Source: a virus. Taken from it: a stretch of DNA of 18,996 nucleotides. Below are positions 8,753 to 16,754 of this stretch, one piece after another. Position numbers and translations under genes: made by a program. The notes under the pieces were generated by a model. It was not told where the DNA came from. It saw only the letters and a program-made list of their open reading frames with translations, and did not search any database. The stretch is taken from the UHGV virus genome UHGV-0337515. The stretch is one strand, 5' to 3'. Position 1 is the first letter of the stretch. The number at the start of each line of letters is the position of its first letter.

Positions 8753-9430
8753 ATGAAAATTAATAATGTAGCGTTACCAATATCTCTTGCTGTAATCCTA
8801 ACTGGTTGCGTGCCACATGCTTCTAACCGAAATATCACTGCTATTGAAGTGGTGAAGCCAGCTATTGGGCAAAGTGCTACCGCCTACATGGGCGATCCCA
8901 TTATCACATCTGCTACTGGATTTAAAACGGACGTACTAGAACTTGGTGCGGCTAATGGTGCATTGTCTTCTATCGCTGCTGGTACATATTGCAGTGAGGG
9001 GAATGGAATTTACCGCAATTATCATAACCCTCAAGCTGTTGCGTTAAAAAATCTCTATGGGCAAATCGGTAACTATGTTGATTATGTTAGTTACGATGCT
9101 GCAAAAAATGAGATATCACCGCCAAATGGCACTTCTTATACTGCATCAGAAATTTCTATCAAACGTGTTCCTGATGGGCTGTGTCGAGTGAGTAATTCAT
9201 TGGTTAAGACTATCGAATATAATGGAAATGCAGGCGGTGTAATGAAGTTCACCTATCGTGAATTTGCAAACGATATGGCTCGTGCAGCATTTACAACAGA
9301 TTTTTCTGTAGATTCTAAGGGAAGTGATGTTATCGCTTACAAAGGTGCCAAGTTCAAAGTGAACAAGGCTGATAACTCGTCTATTTCTTATACAATTATT
9401 TCTGGCTTTGACAAGGCTGTCACGTTCTAG
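8753..9430 (+). CDS. Lipoprotein of unknown function (accessory gene)
   Basis: From ATG at 8753: MKINNVALPISLAVILTGC, a canonical lipoprotein signal peptide with lipobox LTGC. GC looks lower than the phage core genes. The track start at 8699 would put 18 residues in front of the signal peptide. Confidence 0.7.
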   Translation: MKINNVALPISLAVILTGCVPHASNRNITAIEVVKPAIGQSATAYMGDPIITSATGFKTDVLELGAANGALSSIAAGTYCSEGNGIYRNYHNPQAVALKNLYGQIGNYVDYVSYDAAKNEISPPNGTSYTASEISIKRVPDGLCRVSNSLVKTIEYNGNAGGVMKFTYREFANDMARAAFTTDFSVDSKGSDVIAYKGAKFKVNKADNSSISYTIISGFDKAVTF

Positions 9431-9533
9431 GTTTCACGCTTACTGAGTATGTTACGATTTTGCACATTCTGCATAAACGCGCATGTCTATGCTGCATGAG
9501 ATCGCATGATCGTTTGAGGATCTTTTGTGTTAA

Positions 9534-9559
9534 GGCCCGCCAGTTCTGGCGGGCTTTTG
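9534..9559 (+). terminator. Rho-independent terminator after the lipoprotein gene
   Basis: GC-rich hairpin gcccgccag / ctggcgggc (9535-9543 / 9546-9554) followed by TTTT. Confidence 0.6.
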
Positions 9560-9603
9560 CGTAGATCATGCAGGTGCATGAAAACCACTACATAAAGCGG
9601 GCA

Positions 9604-9622
9604 GGCGTGGCGGGGATACGAG
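9604..9622. other. cos-like sequence (candidate cohesive-end site)
   Basis: GGCGTGGCGGGGATACGAG; the first 13 nt match the remembered 19-nt cohesive end of 186 (GGCGTGGCGGGGA…) and P2 (GGCGAGGCGGGGAAAGCAC). Located between the A-side genes and Q, as in P2/186. Assignment from memory. Confidence 0.35.
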
Positions 9623-9660
9623 CGCGCGCAACCTGATTTGATTGAGAAAGTTTGGCTAGT

Positions 9661-9717
9661 CTTCTGATAAGTCGGAGGTCATGTGATGGGTTACTGTAGT
9701 AGAGGGTAATATCAGAA
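9661..9717. repeat. 9-bp inverted repeat (cttctgata … tatcagaag) flanking a 39-bp spacer, just upstream of the cassette promoter
   Basis: Arms at 9661-9669 and 9709-9717 are exact reverse complements. Confidence 0.4.
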
Positions 9718-9724
9718 GAGGGTT

Positions 9725-9753
9725 TTGACTTGAGGTGTAGTTGCAGTATTATA
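9725..9753 (+). promoter_or_regulatory. Candidate sigma70 promoter of the two-gene cassette (TTGACT-16/17 bp-TATTAT)
   Basis: -35 TTGACT at 9725-9730 and -10 TATTAT at 9747-9752, followed by AAGGA (9761-9765) and ATG at 9775. Confidence 0.55.
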
Positions 9754-9774
9754 AAAAGAAAAAGGATCTTTCTT

Positions 9775-10506
9775 ATGTACAGATTGTGGGTTTTATGGGG
9801 TTGTATCTTTGTTCTTCTACTTATTATCATGGGGTGCATTCCGTTTTCACCGTTTGAAAAATGGTGGTTTATAGTTAATTTCATGTCAAATGTAAACATA
9901 ATTCGTGCTTTTCTATCAGTATTAATACTATTTTTAGTTGCTTATATCTTGCTGGTCGGTGCATTTCATCAAAGATATTCATTGAGATTAGAGCAACTTA
10001 GTTTTGGTGGTATTAATATTTTACTAAATAAGTCTGATCTTCTTTTTAAAAAGAGCGTAAAAAATTATCTGGATACGAAGCGAACATTATTTAAATTTGA
10101 TCCGAATTATGACTCAATTGAAGAAGTTTTAAACTCATATTATGAGTGCTATAAATTCATTAGAGATGAAATGAAATTACTAGATGTGAAGAAAAAAAGA
10201 GATAAAAAACTGTATTTACTTTCAAATGAAATTTTGAAAACGTTAAACTCTTTTTTAACAAAGCATCAAAATAATTATCGGAGATGGCATAAATATGTTT
10301 CAGATAATGATAAAGTGACCACAAAGGATAGAGACCCTAACGGCGAATTTATATCATTGCCGTATCATTTAACCCCTATAAGTACTATACAAAAGCATTA
10401 TTATCATTTTAGTCAAGTATTGGAAGGTTTTAAAGAAGTAAACGATTTCTTCAATGATAAGGTAGTCAAAGAGTTTGATATAAATGTTGATAAATGGAGT
10501 GAATAA
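9775..10506 (+). CDS. Membrane protein with two N-terminal transmembrane helices and a ~170-aa helical C-terminal domain; candidate defence effector
   Basis: From ATG at 9775: hydrophobic helices LWVLWGCIFVLLLIIMGCIPF and IIRAFLSVLILFLVAYILLVGAF. Very AT-rich compared with flanking phage genes. Stop overlaps the next gene's start (TAATG). The track start at 9730 is TTG inside the promoter. Confidence 0.75.
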   Translation: MYRLWVLWGCIFVLLLIIMGCIPFSPFEKWWFIVNFMSNVNIIRAFLSVLILFLVAYILLVGAFHQRYSLRLEQLSFGGINILLNKSDLLFKKSVKNYLDTKRTLFKFDPNYDSIEEVLNSYYECYKFIRDEMKLLDVKKKRDKKLYLLSNEILKTLNSFLTKHQNNYRRWHKYVSDNDKVTTKDRDPNGEFISLPYHLTPISTIQKHYYHFSQVLEGFKEVNDFFNDKVVKEFDINVDKWSE

Positions 10507-11123
10507 TGCATAAGACGTTTCTTAGTTATCATCATGCTAACGAACAAGATCTCAAAGATGAGATTATTGATTTATTCGGAGGAGAATCGTTTATTGATAA
10601 GTCGGTAAGTGATGGTGACATTAGTACAACTAACACTGATGAAACAATAATGAGGACTATTCGTGAGGATTTTTTAAAAGACTCAACGGTTACTGTCGTT
10701 CTTATTGGAACGGAAACCAAAAATCGTCCATTTGTAAACTCTGAAATTCAAGCATCACTCTGGGGAGAAAACTATAATGGTCTAATTGGTGTTATCAGAG
10801 ATGAAATTTACGACAGTGTGTTTACTCCTGCAGTATGTGCAGATCCATCATGCGGATGTTCTATAAGTCTAAGAACGCCAGGTTGGGGATATGATTATTA
10901 TTTGCCTTATCTGGTTAGAAAGAATCATGTTTATGAAAAAACAGTTCCCCATTATAATGACTCTGACGTATATTGTGCATTGGTAAAATACTCTGTCTTT
11001 ATTAAAAATCCTGAGTATTATATTGATCAGGCATTTAACAAGCGTAAGTTGATGGAACCAGCTGCTAAACGAAATCCATCGGATGTTCCTGCAATTCGCA
11101 GCTCATCAATTTTTAACTGGTAA
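10506..11123 (+). CDS. TIR-like domain protein (ThsB/DUF1863-like), candidate defence sensor or NADase
   Basis: N-terminus MHKTFLSYHHANEQD fits the TIR first-strand signature (compare ThsB …VFFSFHYQD… as remembered); central TVTVVLIGTETKNRPFVNSEIQ fits the TIR core strand plus conserved Glu region. Translationally coupled to the upstream membrane protein. AT-rich. Confidence 0.7.
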   Translation: MHKTFLSYHHANEQDLKDEIIDLFGGESFIDKSVSDGDISTTNTDETIMRTIREDFLKDSTVTVVLIGTETKNRPFVNSEIQASLWGENYNGLIGVIRDEIYDSVFTPAVCADPSCGCSISLRTPGWGYDYYLPYLVRKNHVYEKTVPHYNDSDVYCALVKYSVFIKNPEYYIDQAFNKRKLMEPAAKRNPSDVPAIRSSSIFNW

Positions 11124-11128
11124 TAAGA

Positions 11129-11166
11129 GGGTGCATAAACATTATGCACCCATATGCTATTTTTTA
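11129..11166. terminator. Terminator hairpin between the convergent cassette and Q
   Basis: Perfect 10-bp inverted repeat gggtgcataa / ttatgcaccc (11129-11138 / 11142-11151) with a 3-nt loop, followed by a T-run at 11160-11165. Confidence 0.5.
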
Positions 11167-12198
11167 ACTTTGGAGAGAATATGGTAAAAAATTAATAATT
11201 GTGTTTCCTATCCATTGATTTAATTGTTCTATACGTTTTTGTAAGGGGATAAGTTCGTTACGAACAAATACATTACTTGCCTTCTCCACATCCCCAAACC
11301 CCCCAACATTATTCGGCATAATACCCATCATTTGTGGCGGTACACGGTGCGCCGCCATCATGTCATCACGGCTGACGTTCTTGATATTCAAAAACTCATC
11401 CTTCGCCGCGACTTCTGACAACGGGATGATCTGAAGCCCGTCCTTTTTGCCGTTTGGCGAGTACATAAATAGGTTACGGAAGTTACCAGGACCTTTGGCA
11501 CTTTTCATCGCGTTGCGGAGGTTGTTTACATCCTCCTGGTTCTGCGCGGCGTCGGTCATATACATGATGAAGCCTGCATGACTGCCGTTAATGTAATACT
11601 TGCGGCGGAACAGCGTGGCAGACTCGTTGAGCAGGGCGGATGGAATAGCAGAAAGATAACCGGGCAGGCCGTAGATTTCCTGGTTGATGTCCGGTTCCAT
11701 CAGATGAAAGATGCTGCCTTTCGTGAACTGATATGGCTGGGTGATCATACCGTATTGCACAAACCAGTAGGTATCTAGGTCTAACCCGCGTCGGGTGTAT
11801 TTTGCCAGAGCAGGCTCAAGGGCGATAACTTCACCGAACCGGTTCGTGCGTTTCTCCAGGTAGGCGTTACCAAATACCAGATAGTCCTGCACAAAACGTG
11901 AAAAAGCCTGCTGGCTGAGCAGCGGGTGAGGGATGTAGGTGCTGGTCAGAATGTTGCATTTCACTGCAATCGGTGAACTGTGGTGTACGGCTGCGCGGAA
12001 TGTTCGTGCCAGTCCGTCAAAACTCACTGGCGGCTCATACCAGCGATCTGTCTGTACGCATTCCACATAGTCCAGCAGTTCACGGCGGTCCAGAACCGGA
12101 ACGGGATCGCCGAAGCTGAATGCTTCGGCTGAAGTCTGGTTTTTATGCTGGATCTGATTCATCGCCGCTGCGCGGTTTTTCTTACTCTTTCCCATCAA
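11164..12198 (-). CDS. Q: Portal protein (P2 gpQ family)
   Basis: 344 aa starting MMGKSKKNRAA…; strong similarity throughout to remembered P2 gpQ (…DPVPVLDRRELLDYVEC…YEPPVSF…NESATLFRRKYY…VFVRNELIPLQ…). Confidence 0.92.
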   Translation of the reverse strand: MMGKSKKNRAAAMNQIQHKNQTSAEAFSFGDPVPVLDRRELLDYVECVQTDRWYEPPVSFDGLARTFRAAVHHSSPIAVKCNILTSTYIPHPLLSQQAFSRFVQDYLVFGNAYLEKRTNRFGEVIALEPALAKYTRRGLDLDTYWFVQYGMITQPYQFTKGSIFHLMEPDINQEIYGLPGYLSAIPSALLNESATLFRRKYYINGSHAGFIMYMTDAAQNQEDVNNLRNAMKSAKGPGNFRNLFMYSPNGKKDGLQIIPLSEVAAKDEFLNIKNVSRDDMMAAHRVPPQMMGIMPNNVGGFGDVEKASNVFVRNELIPLQKRIEQLNQWIGNTIINFLPYSLQS

Positions 12199-13961
12199 AA
12201 AATCTCCACAATATTGCTGGTATTGGCGGACTCGCCCTGCAGCGGTTCGTTAAACAGTGCGTGCATTGTTGCCCAGGCCAGATCGGCATGGCTGGCTTCT
12301 TCGCTGCGGCTGGCTTCATAGGTCGGGCGGTTGCCGCTGGCGGTGGTGGCGCGACGGATCGCCATGAATGACTGCGCAATGTCGGTGTGCCCGGCGTCAA
12401 ACTCCAGACGGCGGTGGCTGATAATGTCGTAGGCCTTGAGTACTAGGGCGTTTTTAACGTTGGGGTTGTAGACAAACTCCCGGACGGCAGGAAAGAACGC
12501 TTTCACGTTCTCGTAAACCCCGTGACCAACGCCGGTTGAGTCGATGCCGATGTATGTCACGTTGTACTGTTCGGTCAGTTTTTTGATGGCGTCCGCCTGG
12601 GCGCGGAAGTCCATCCCGCGCCACTGGTGACGCTCAAGAATACGGAACTTACCGCCCGGCACAGCTGGCGGAGCCACCACCACGCACCCGGCACTGTCAC
12701 CGTTCTGCGTACCTTTTGCTGGGTCATAACCGATCCACACCTCGCGCCAGCCAAACGGGCGCAGGGCCAGTGCATGAAAGTCGGTCCAGACTTCCCAACT
12801 GTCCACCATGCACGCCTGCAGTTCGCTGAGCGGGAACACGGACGCGAGATCGTCCACAAACTCGCACATCAGCAGGTTCTGGTATTCGTCCGGGCTGTAC
12901 TCCATGCGCAGCTGGTCGAGGTCGAACAGGTTACAGCCGCCGCGCACCGCATCTTCCACGGTGACTATCTGGCGGTATTGCCCGTCTGCGCACAGCAGGC
13001 CGGGGGCCAGATTGATGTGGGACAGGTCGATGTCCACCTTGTCAGCTTTGTTGCGTCCACGGTTGAACAGCGCACCGGACCAGAACGGATAAGCACTGTG
13101 GGTCAGGCTGGATGGCGTGGAAAAATAGGTTTGTCGCCATTTCTTGTGAATAGCCATCCCGGAAGCCACTTTGCGCAGCTCCTGAAATTTCGGTATCCAG
13201 AAATATTCATCCAGATACAGGTTGCCGTGATAACTCTGGGCCGTGCGGGCATTGGTGCCGAGGAAGTAAAGCGTGGCTCCGTTAGGAAGCACCATCGGAT
13301 CGCCTTTTAGCTCCACCTCGACTTCTTTGGCGAAGTCGATGATGTATTGTTTAAAGACGTGGGCCTGAGCCTTACTGGCAGAAAGGAAAATCTGGTTACG
13401 TCCGGTAAGCAGGGCGTCAATCAGGGCTTCACGGGCAAAGTAAAAGGTCGCGCCGATCTGGCGTGACTTCAGCAGGTTGCGGATGCGGTTGGTTTTTCCG
13501 GCTTCCCACCAGTGGCGCTGGTAGTTGAACATGGAGGAATGGAAAATTTCTTCCAGCTTCTCAATCTGTTCATCGGTGAAAACATTCTTTTCCGGCTGAC
13601 GACGTGGGCCTTTGTTGCGGTTGGCAACGTTAGGGTTTAAGTCGGCTTCGTTGCCGCCATTGTTAAACTTGCCGATCCGCGCGTGGCGCTCAGACTGGCG
13701 TGCCAGCAGGTCAATTTCTTTGAAATCTTTCCCTTCTTTGTGCTCCTTCATAATGAGCTGGCAGTAGCGTGCGGCGGTGGTGAGCTGCATCTGATCCAGC
13801 GGCCCATAGTCACCCCACTTGTCGCGTTTTTTCCAGCTGTGAATGGTTGCAACTTTCTCGCCCAGCATTTCAGCAATGCGGGCGACGCGGTATCCCTGAA
13901 AGTACAGCAGCATAGCCTGCCGACGGGGATCGAGATCTGCGGGTGTCAGTGTGGTGTTCAT
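12195..13961 (-). CDS. P: Terminase large subunit (P2 gpP family)
   Basis: 588-aa ORF immediately upstream of Q on the same strand, size and position of P2 gpP; overlaps the Q start. Confidence 0.88.
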   Translation of the reverse strand: MNTTLTPADLDPRRQAMLLYFQGYRVARIAEMLGEKVATIHSWKKRDKWGDYGPLDQMQLTTAARYCQLIMKEHKEGKDFKEIDLLARQSERHARIGKFNNGGNEADLNPNVANRNKGPRRQPEKNVFTDEQIEKLEEIFHSSMFNYQRHWWEAGKTNRIRNLLKSRQIGATFYFAREALIDALLTGRNQIFLSASKAQAHVFKQYIIDFAKEVEVELKGDPMVLPNGATLYFLGTNARTAQSYHGNLYLDEYFWIPKFQELRKVASGMAIHKKWRQTYFSTPSSLTHSAYPFWSGALFNRGRNKADKVDIDLSHINLAPGLLCADGQYRQIVTVEDAVRGGCNLFDLDQLRMEYSPDEYQNLLMCEFVDDLASVFPLSELQACMVDSWEVWTDFHALALRPFGWREVWIGYDPAKGTQNGDSAGCVVVAPPAVPGGKFRILERHQWRGMDFRAQADAIKKLTEQYNVTYIGIDSTGVGHGVYENVKAFFPAVREFVYNPNVKNALVLKAYDIISHRRLEFDAGHTDIAQSFMAIRRATTASGNRPTYEASRSEEASHADLAWATMHALFNEPLQGESANTSNIVEIF

Positions 13962-14007
13962 GGCACAAACCTACAGCCTTGAATGACGGCTTTCCCCGCC
14001 TGCGGTT

Positions 14008-14025
14008 TGTGTGGTTGTCGGTACA
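14008..14025. promoter_or_regulatory. Candidate Ogr-dependent late promoter element (TGT-N12-ACA) in the divergent P/O control region
   Basis: TGTGTGGTTGTCGGTACA fits the TGT-N12-ACA dyad of P2-family late promoters; lies about 80 bp upstream of the O start codon. Confidence 0.45.
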
Positions 14026-14103
14026 AATACCGCGCATTGTTTCACTGCCCCCATCACCGCAACCATAAGGCTCCAGTAAGTTTTTTCTAACGGAGCACGG
14101 CTC

Positions 14104-14937
14104 ATGACAGTGAAAGCAAAGCGTTTTCGCATCGGGGTGGAAGGTGCCACCACCGACGGACGCGAAATCCAGCGTGAATGGCTGGAACAGATGGCAGCCA
14201 GCTACAACCCGGCGGTGTATACCGCGCTGATTAACCTTGAGCACATCAAGTCTTATCTGCCGGACAGCACCTTTAACCGCTACGGCAAGGTGACTGCGCT
14301 GTTTGCTGAAGAAATCACGGAAGGTCCGCTGGCAGGCAAGATGGCGCTGTATGCCGACGTTGAGCCAACGGAGTCCCTGGTGGAACTGGTGAAAAAAGGC
14401 CAGAAATTATTCACCTCTATGGAAGTCAGCCCGAAGTTTGCTGATACGGGCAAAGCCTACCTGGTCGGCCTGGCTGCCACTGATGACCCTGCCAGTCTGG
14501 GCACTGAAATGCTGACATTCAGCGCCAGTGCAGCACATAACCCGCTGGCAAACCGCAAGCAGAATCCCGCCAATCTTTTTACCGCTGCAGAGGAAACGGT
14601 GATCGAACTGGAAGAAATCCAGGAGGACAAGCCGTCCCTGTTTGCCCGCGTCACGGCGCTGTTCACCAAAAAAGAGCAGTCCGATGATGCCAAGTTCTCT
14701 GATGTGCATAAGGCCGTGGAACTGGTCGCCACTGAGCAGCAGAACCTGAGCACGTGCACCGAAAAATCCCTGTCTGAGCAGGAAGAACGCCTGTCTGAGC
14801 TGGAGGCTGCCCTGCAGGCACAGCAGACCGCCTTTAACGAACTGGTGGACAAGCTGAGCCATGAAGACAGCCGCCAGGACTACCGCCAGCGTGCAACAGG
14901 CGGTAACGCCCCCGCTGACACTCTGACCAATTGCTGA
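14104..14937 (+). CDS. O: Capsid scaffolding protein (P2 gpO family)
   Basis: 277 aa starting MTVKAKRFRIGVEGATTDGREI…; first rightward late gene, size close to P2 gpO (about 284 aa). Confidence 0.85.
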   Translation: MTVKAKRFRIGVEGATTDGREIQREWLEQMAASYNPAVYTALINLEHIKSYLPDSTFNRYGKVTALFAEEITEGPLAGKMALYADVEPTESLVELVKKGQKLFTSMEVSPKFADTGKAYLVGLAATDDPASLGTEMLTFSASAAHNPLANRKQNPANLFTAAEETVIELEEIQEDKPSLFARVTALFTKKEQSDDAKFSDVHKAVELVATEQQNLSTCTEKSLSEQEERLSELEAALQAQQTAFNELVDKLSHEDSRQDYRQRATGGNAPADTLTNC

Positions 14938-14953
14938 TGGAGCACAAAACCTG

Positions 14954-15334
14954 ATGAAGAAGAATACCCGCTTTGCTTTTAACGCTTACCTGCAGCAGCT
15001 GGCGCGTCTGAACGGTGTGGCAGTTGAAGAACTGTCCAGCAAGTTCACTGTGGAGCCGTCTGTGCAGCAGACGCTGGAAGACCAAATCCAGCAGTCCGCC
15101 GCTTTCCTGACGCTGATTAACGTCACGCCAGTGACTGAGCAGTCCGGTCAGCTGCTGGGGCTGGGTGTTGGCACCCGCCGCCGCTCAGTTATCGACAACC
15201 CGAAACGTGACCGGATTGAAAACTTTGAATCCGTTAACGAAGCCTATGTAGTTGAGGACTACCGCTGCGCCGCACTGGTGGAAAACATCCAGATTGGCGA
15301 CTTCAGCGCCGCCGCAGCAGAAGCCGGAGCGTAA
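14954..15334 (+). pseudogene. N: Major capsid protein gene N with a large in-frame internal deletion (126 aa instead of about 357)
   Basis: N-terminus (MKKNTRFAFNAYLQQLARLNG…FTVEPSVQQTL…) and C-terminus (…DNPKRDRIENFESVNEAYVVEDYRCAALVENIQIGDFSAAAAEAGA) both match P2 gpN ends, but the middle ~230 residues are absent. Junction near 15175-15185. Confidence 0.7.
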
Positions 15335-15337
15335 ACC

Positions 15338-15988
15338 ATGAGCCTGAGTCCCGCACGGCAGCATCGCCTGCGCGTTCAGGCTGAACAGGCCGCCCGTGAG
15401 GGCGGCAGTGTTCGCCACGCGTCGGGCTATGACCTGATGCTGCTGCAACTGGCGGAAGACCGCCGCCGTCTCAAGGGCGTTCAGTCCACGGTGAAAAAAG
15501 CGGAAATAAAGGTGGAGCTGCTGCCGAAATATGCCGCCTGGGCGGAGGGCGTCCTGGCTGCCGGAGGCGCTCAACAGGATGACGTGCTGATGTACGTGAT
15601 GCTGTGGCGCATTGATGCCGGAGATTATGCCGGGGCGCTGGAGATCGGGCGTCATGCCCTGCGTCATGGCTGGGTGATGCCGCTGGGTAACCGCAACGTG
15701 CAGACCGTGCTGGCAGAGGAAATGGCAGACGCCGCGCAGAGCGCAATGCTTGCCGCCACCGGCTTTGATGCCGATCTGTTGCTGCAGACGCTGGAGCTGA
15801 CAGACGGTCTGGATATGCCGGACCAGTCACGGGCTCGTCTGCATAAAGCGATTGGCGCGGTCCTGAGTGAAAGCAATCCGGCGTCTGCCCTTAATCATCT
15901 CAACCATGCGTTACAGCTCGATCCCCGCTGTGGCGTGAAAAAAGACAAACAGCAGCTGGAGCGCAGACTGCGCAATGACAGCCGCTGA
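15338..15988 (+). CDS. M: Terminase small subunit (P2 gpM family)
   Basis: …LLPKYAAWAEGVLAAGGAQQDDVLMYVMLWRIDAGDYAGALEIGRHAL…TLELTDGLDMPDQSRARLHK… parallels remembered P2 gpM. Confidence 0.85.
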   Translation: MSLSPARQHRLRVQAEQAAREGGSVRHASGYDLMLLQLAEDRRRLKGVQSTVKKAEIKVELLPKYAAWAEGVLAAGGAQQDDVLMYVMLWRIDAGDYAGALEIGRHALRHGWVMPLGNRNVQTVLAEEMADAAQSAMLAATGFDADLLLQTLELTDGLDMPDQSRARLHKAIGAVLSESNPASALNHLNHALQLDPRCGVKKDKQQLERRLRNDSR

Positions 15989-16083
15989 CAGAACGTGCCC
16001 CCGCGCACGGGCGGCACGGGGTGGCGAAAGGCACTGCCACATCAAAACCCCGTCCACCGCCCTCTATTTCAGGAGAAAGCAGC

Positions 16084-16548
16084 ATGAAGTTTGTTGCGCC
16101 AGAACAGGCACCGGAACAGGCGGAAATCATCAGAAATACGCCGTTCTGGCCTGATGTGGACCTGTCGGAGTTTCGCAGTGTCATGCGCACTGACGGCACG
16201 GTGACGCAGCCGCGTTTAAAGCAGGTTGCGCTGTCGGCAATTTCGGAGGTCAACGCAGAGCTGTATGAGTTTCGCAGACGCCAGCAGATGCTGGGGTATA
16301 CCTCGCTGGCAGAGGTTCCGGCGGAACAGCTGGACGGCAAAAGTGAGCGCATTCAGCACTATTTCAACGCGGTTTACTGCTGGGCACGCGCCATGCTCAA
16401 CGAACGTTACCAGGACTATGACGCCACGGCATCCGGTGTGAAGCGGGGCGAGGAACTGGCGGAAGCCAGCGGTGATTTATGGCGTGACGCCCGCTGGGCC
16501 ATCAGCCGGGTACAGGACGCGCCGCACTGCACAGTGGAGCTTATCTGA
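16084..16548 (+). CDS. L: Capsid completion protein (P2 gpL family)
   Basis: ATG at 16084 with AGGAGAAAG upstream. A GTG at 16021 would add 21 residues but lacks a good SD. Position after M as in P2. Confidence 0.75.
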   Translation: MKFVAPEQAPEQAEIIRNTPFWPDVDLSEFRSVMRTDGTVTQPRLKQVALSAISEVNAELYEFRRRQQMLGYTSLAEVPAEQLDGKSERIQHYFNAVYCWARAMLNERYQDYDATASGVKRGEELAEASGDLWRDARWAISRVQDAPHCTVELI

Positions 16549-16751
16549 TGAAAGTGCGTGCGCATCAGTATGACACGGTGGACGCGCTTTGCTGGCGTCA
16601 TTACGGGCGCACGCAGGGTGTCACGGAGCAGGTCCTGAAGGCAAATCCGGGGCTTGCCGAATATGGCCCCTTTTTACCTCACGGGCTGCAGGTGGAGCTG
16701 CCGGACATTCCGACAACCACCACCGTGCAGACCGTCCAGCTATGGGACTGA
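16548..16751 (+). CDS. X: Tail protein X (P2 gpX family)
   Basis: 67 aa MKVRAHQYDTVDALCWRHYGRTQGVTEQVLKANPGLAEYGPFLPHGLQVELPD… matches P2 gpX in length and sequence. Confidence 0.85.
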   Translation: MKVRAHQYDTVDALCWRHYGRTQGVTEQVLKANPGLAEYGPFLPHGLQVELPDIPTTTTVQTVQLWD

Positions 16752-16754
16752 ATT

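Noticed and set aside
9588-9899. 103-aa minus-strand ORF spanning the cos-like region and the start of the membrane-protein gene
   Set aside because: Covers a regulatory intergenic region and overlaps a better-supported plus-strand gene; no homology signal.
12575-13310. ORFs antisense to terminase P (for example 12627-13310 +, 227 aa)
   Set aside because: Shadow ORFs within P, rich in Arg/Ala/His as expected from the opposite strand of a GC-rich gene.
13950-13967. Second TGT-N12-ACA dyad (tgtggtgttcatggcaca)
   Set aside because: Overlaps the P start codon, so it would sit downstream of any promoter serving P; TGT/ACA spacing matches arise by chance.
14407-15876. Minus-strand ORFs overlapping O, N and M (14407-14862, 15185-15667, 15471-15830, 15664-15876)
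   Set aside because: Antisense to well-supported late genes; low-complexity Arg/Ala/Ser-rich translations.
15989-16083. GC-rich M-L spacer with short inverted repeats (cgtgc/gcacg)
   Set aside because: Stems are only about 5 bp; an upstream GTG start for L at 16021 could make part of this coding. Not enough to call a structured element.
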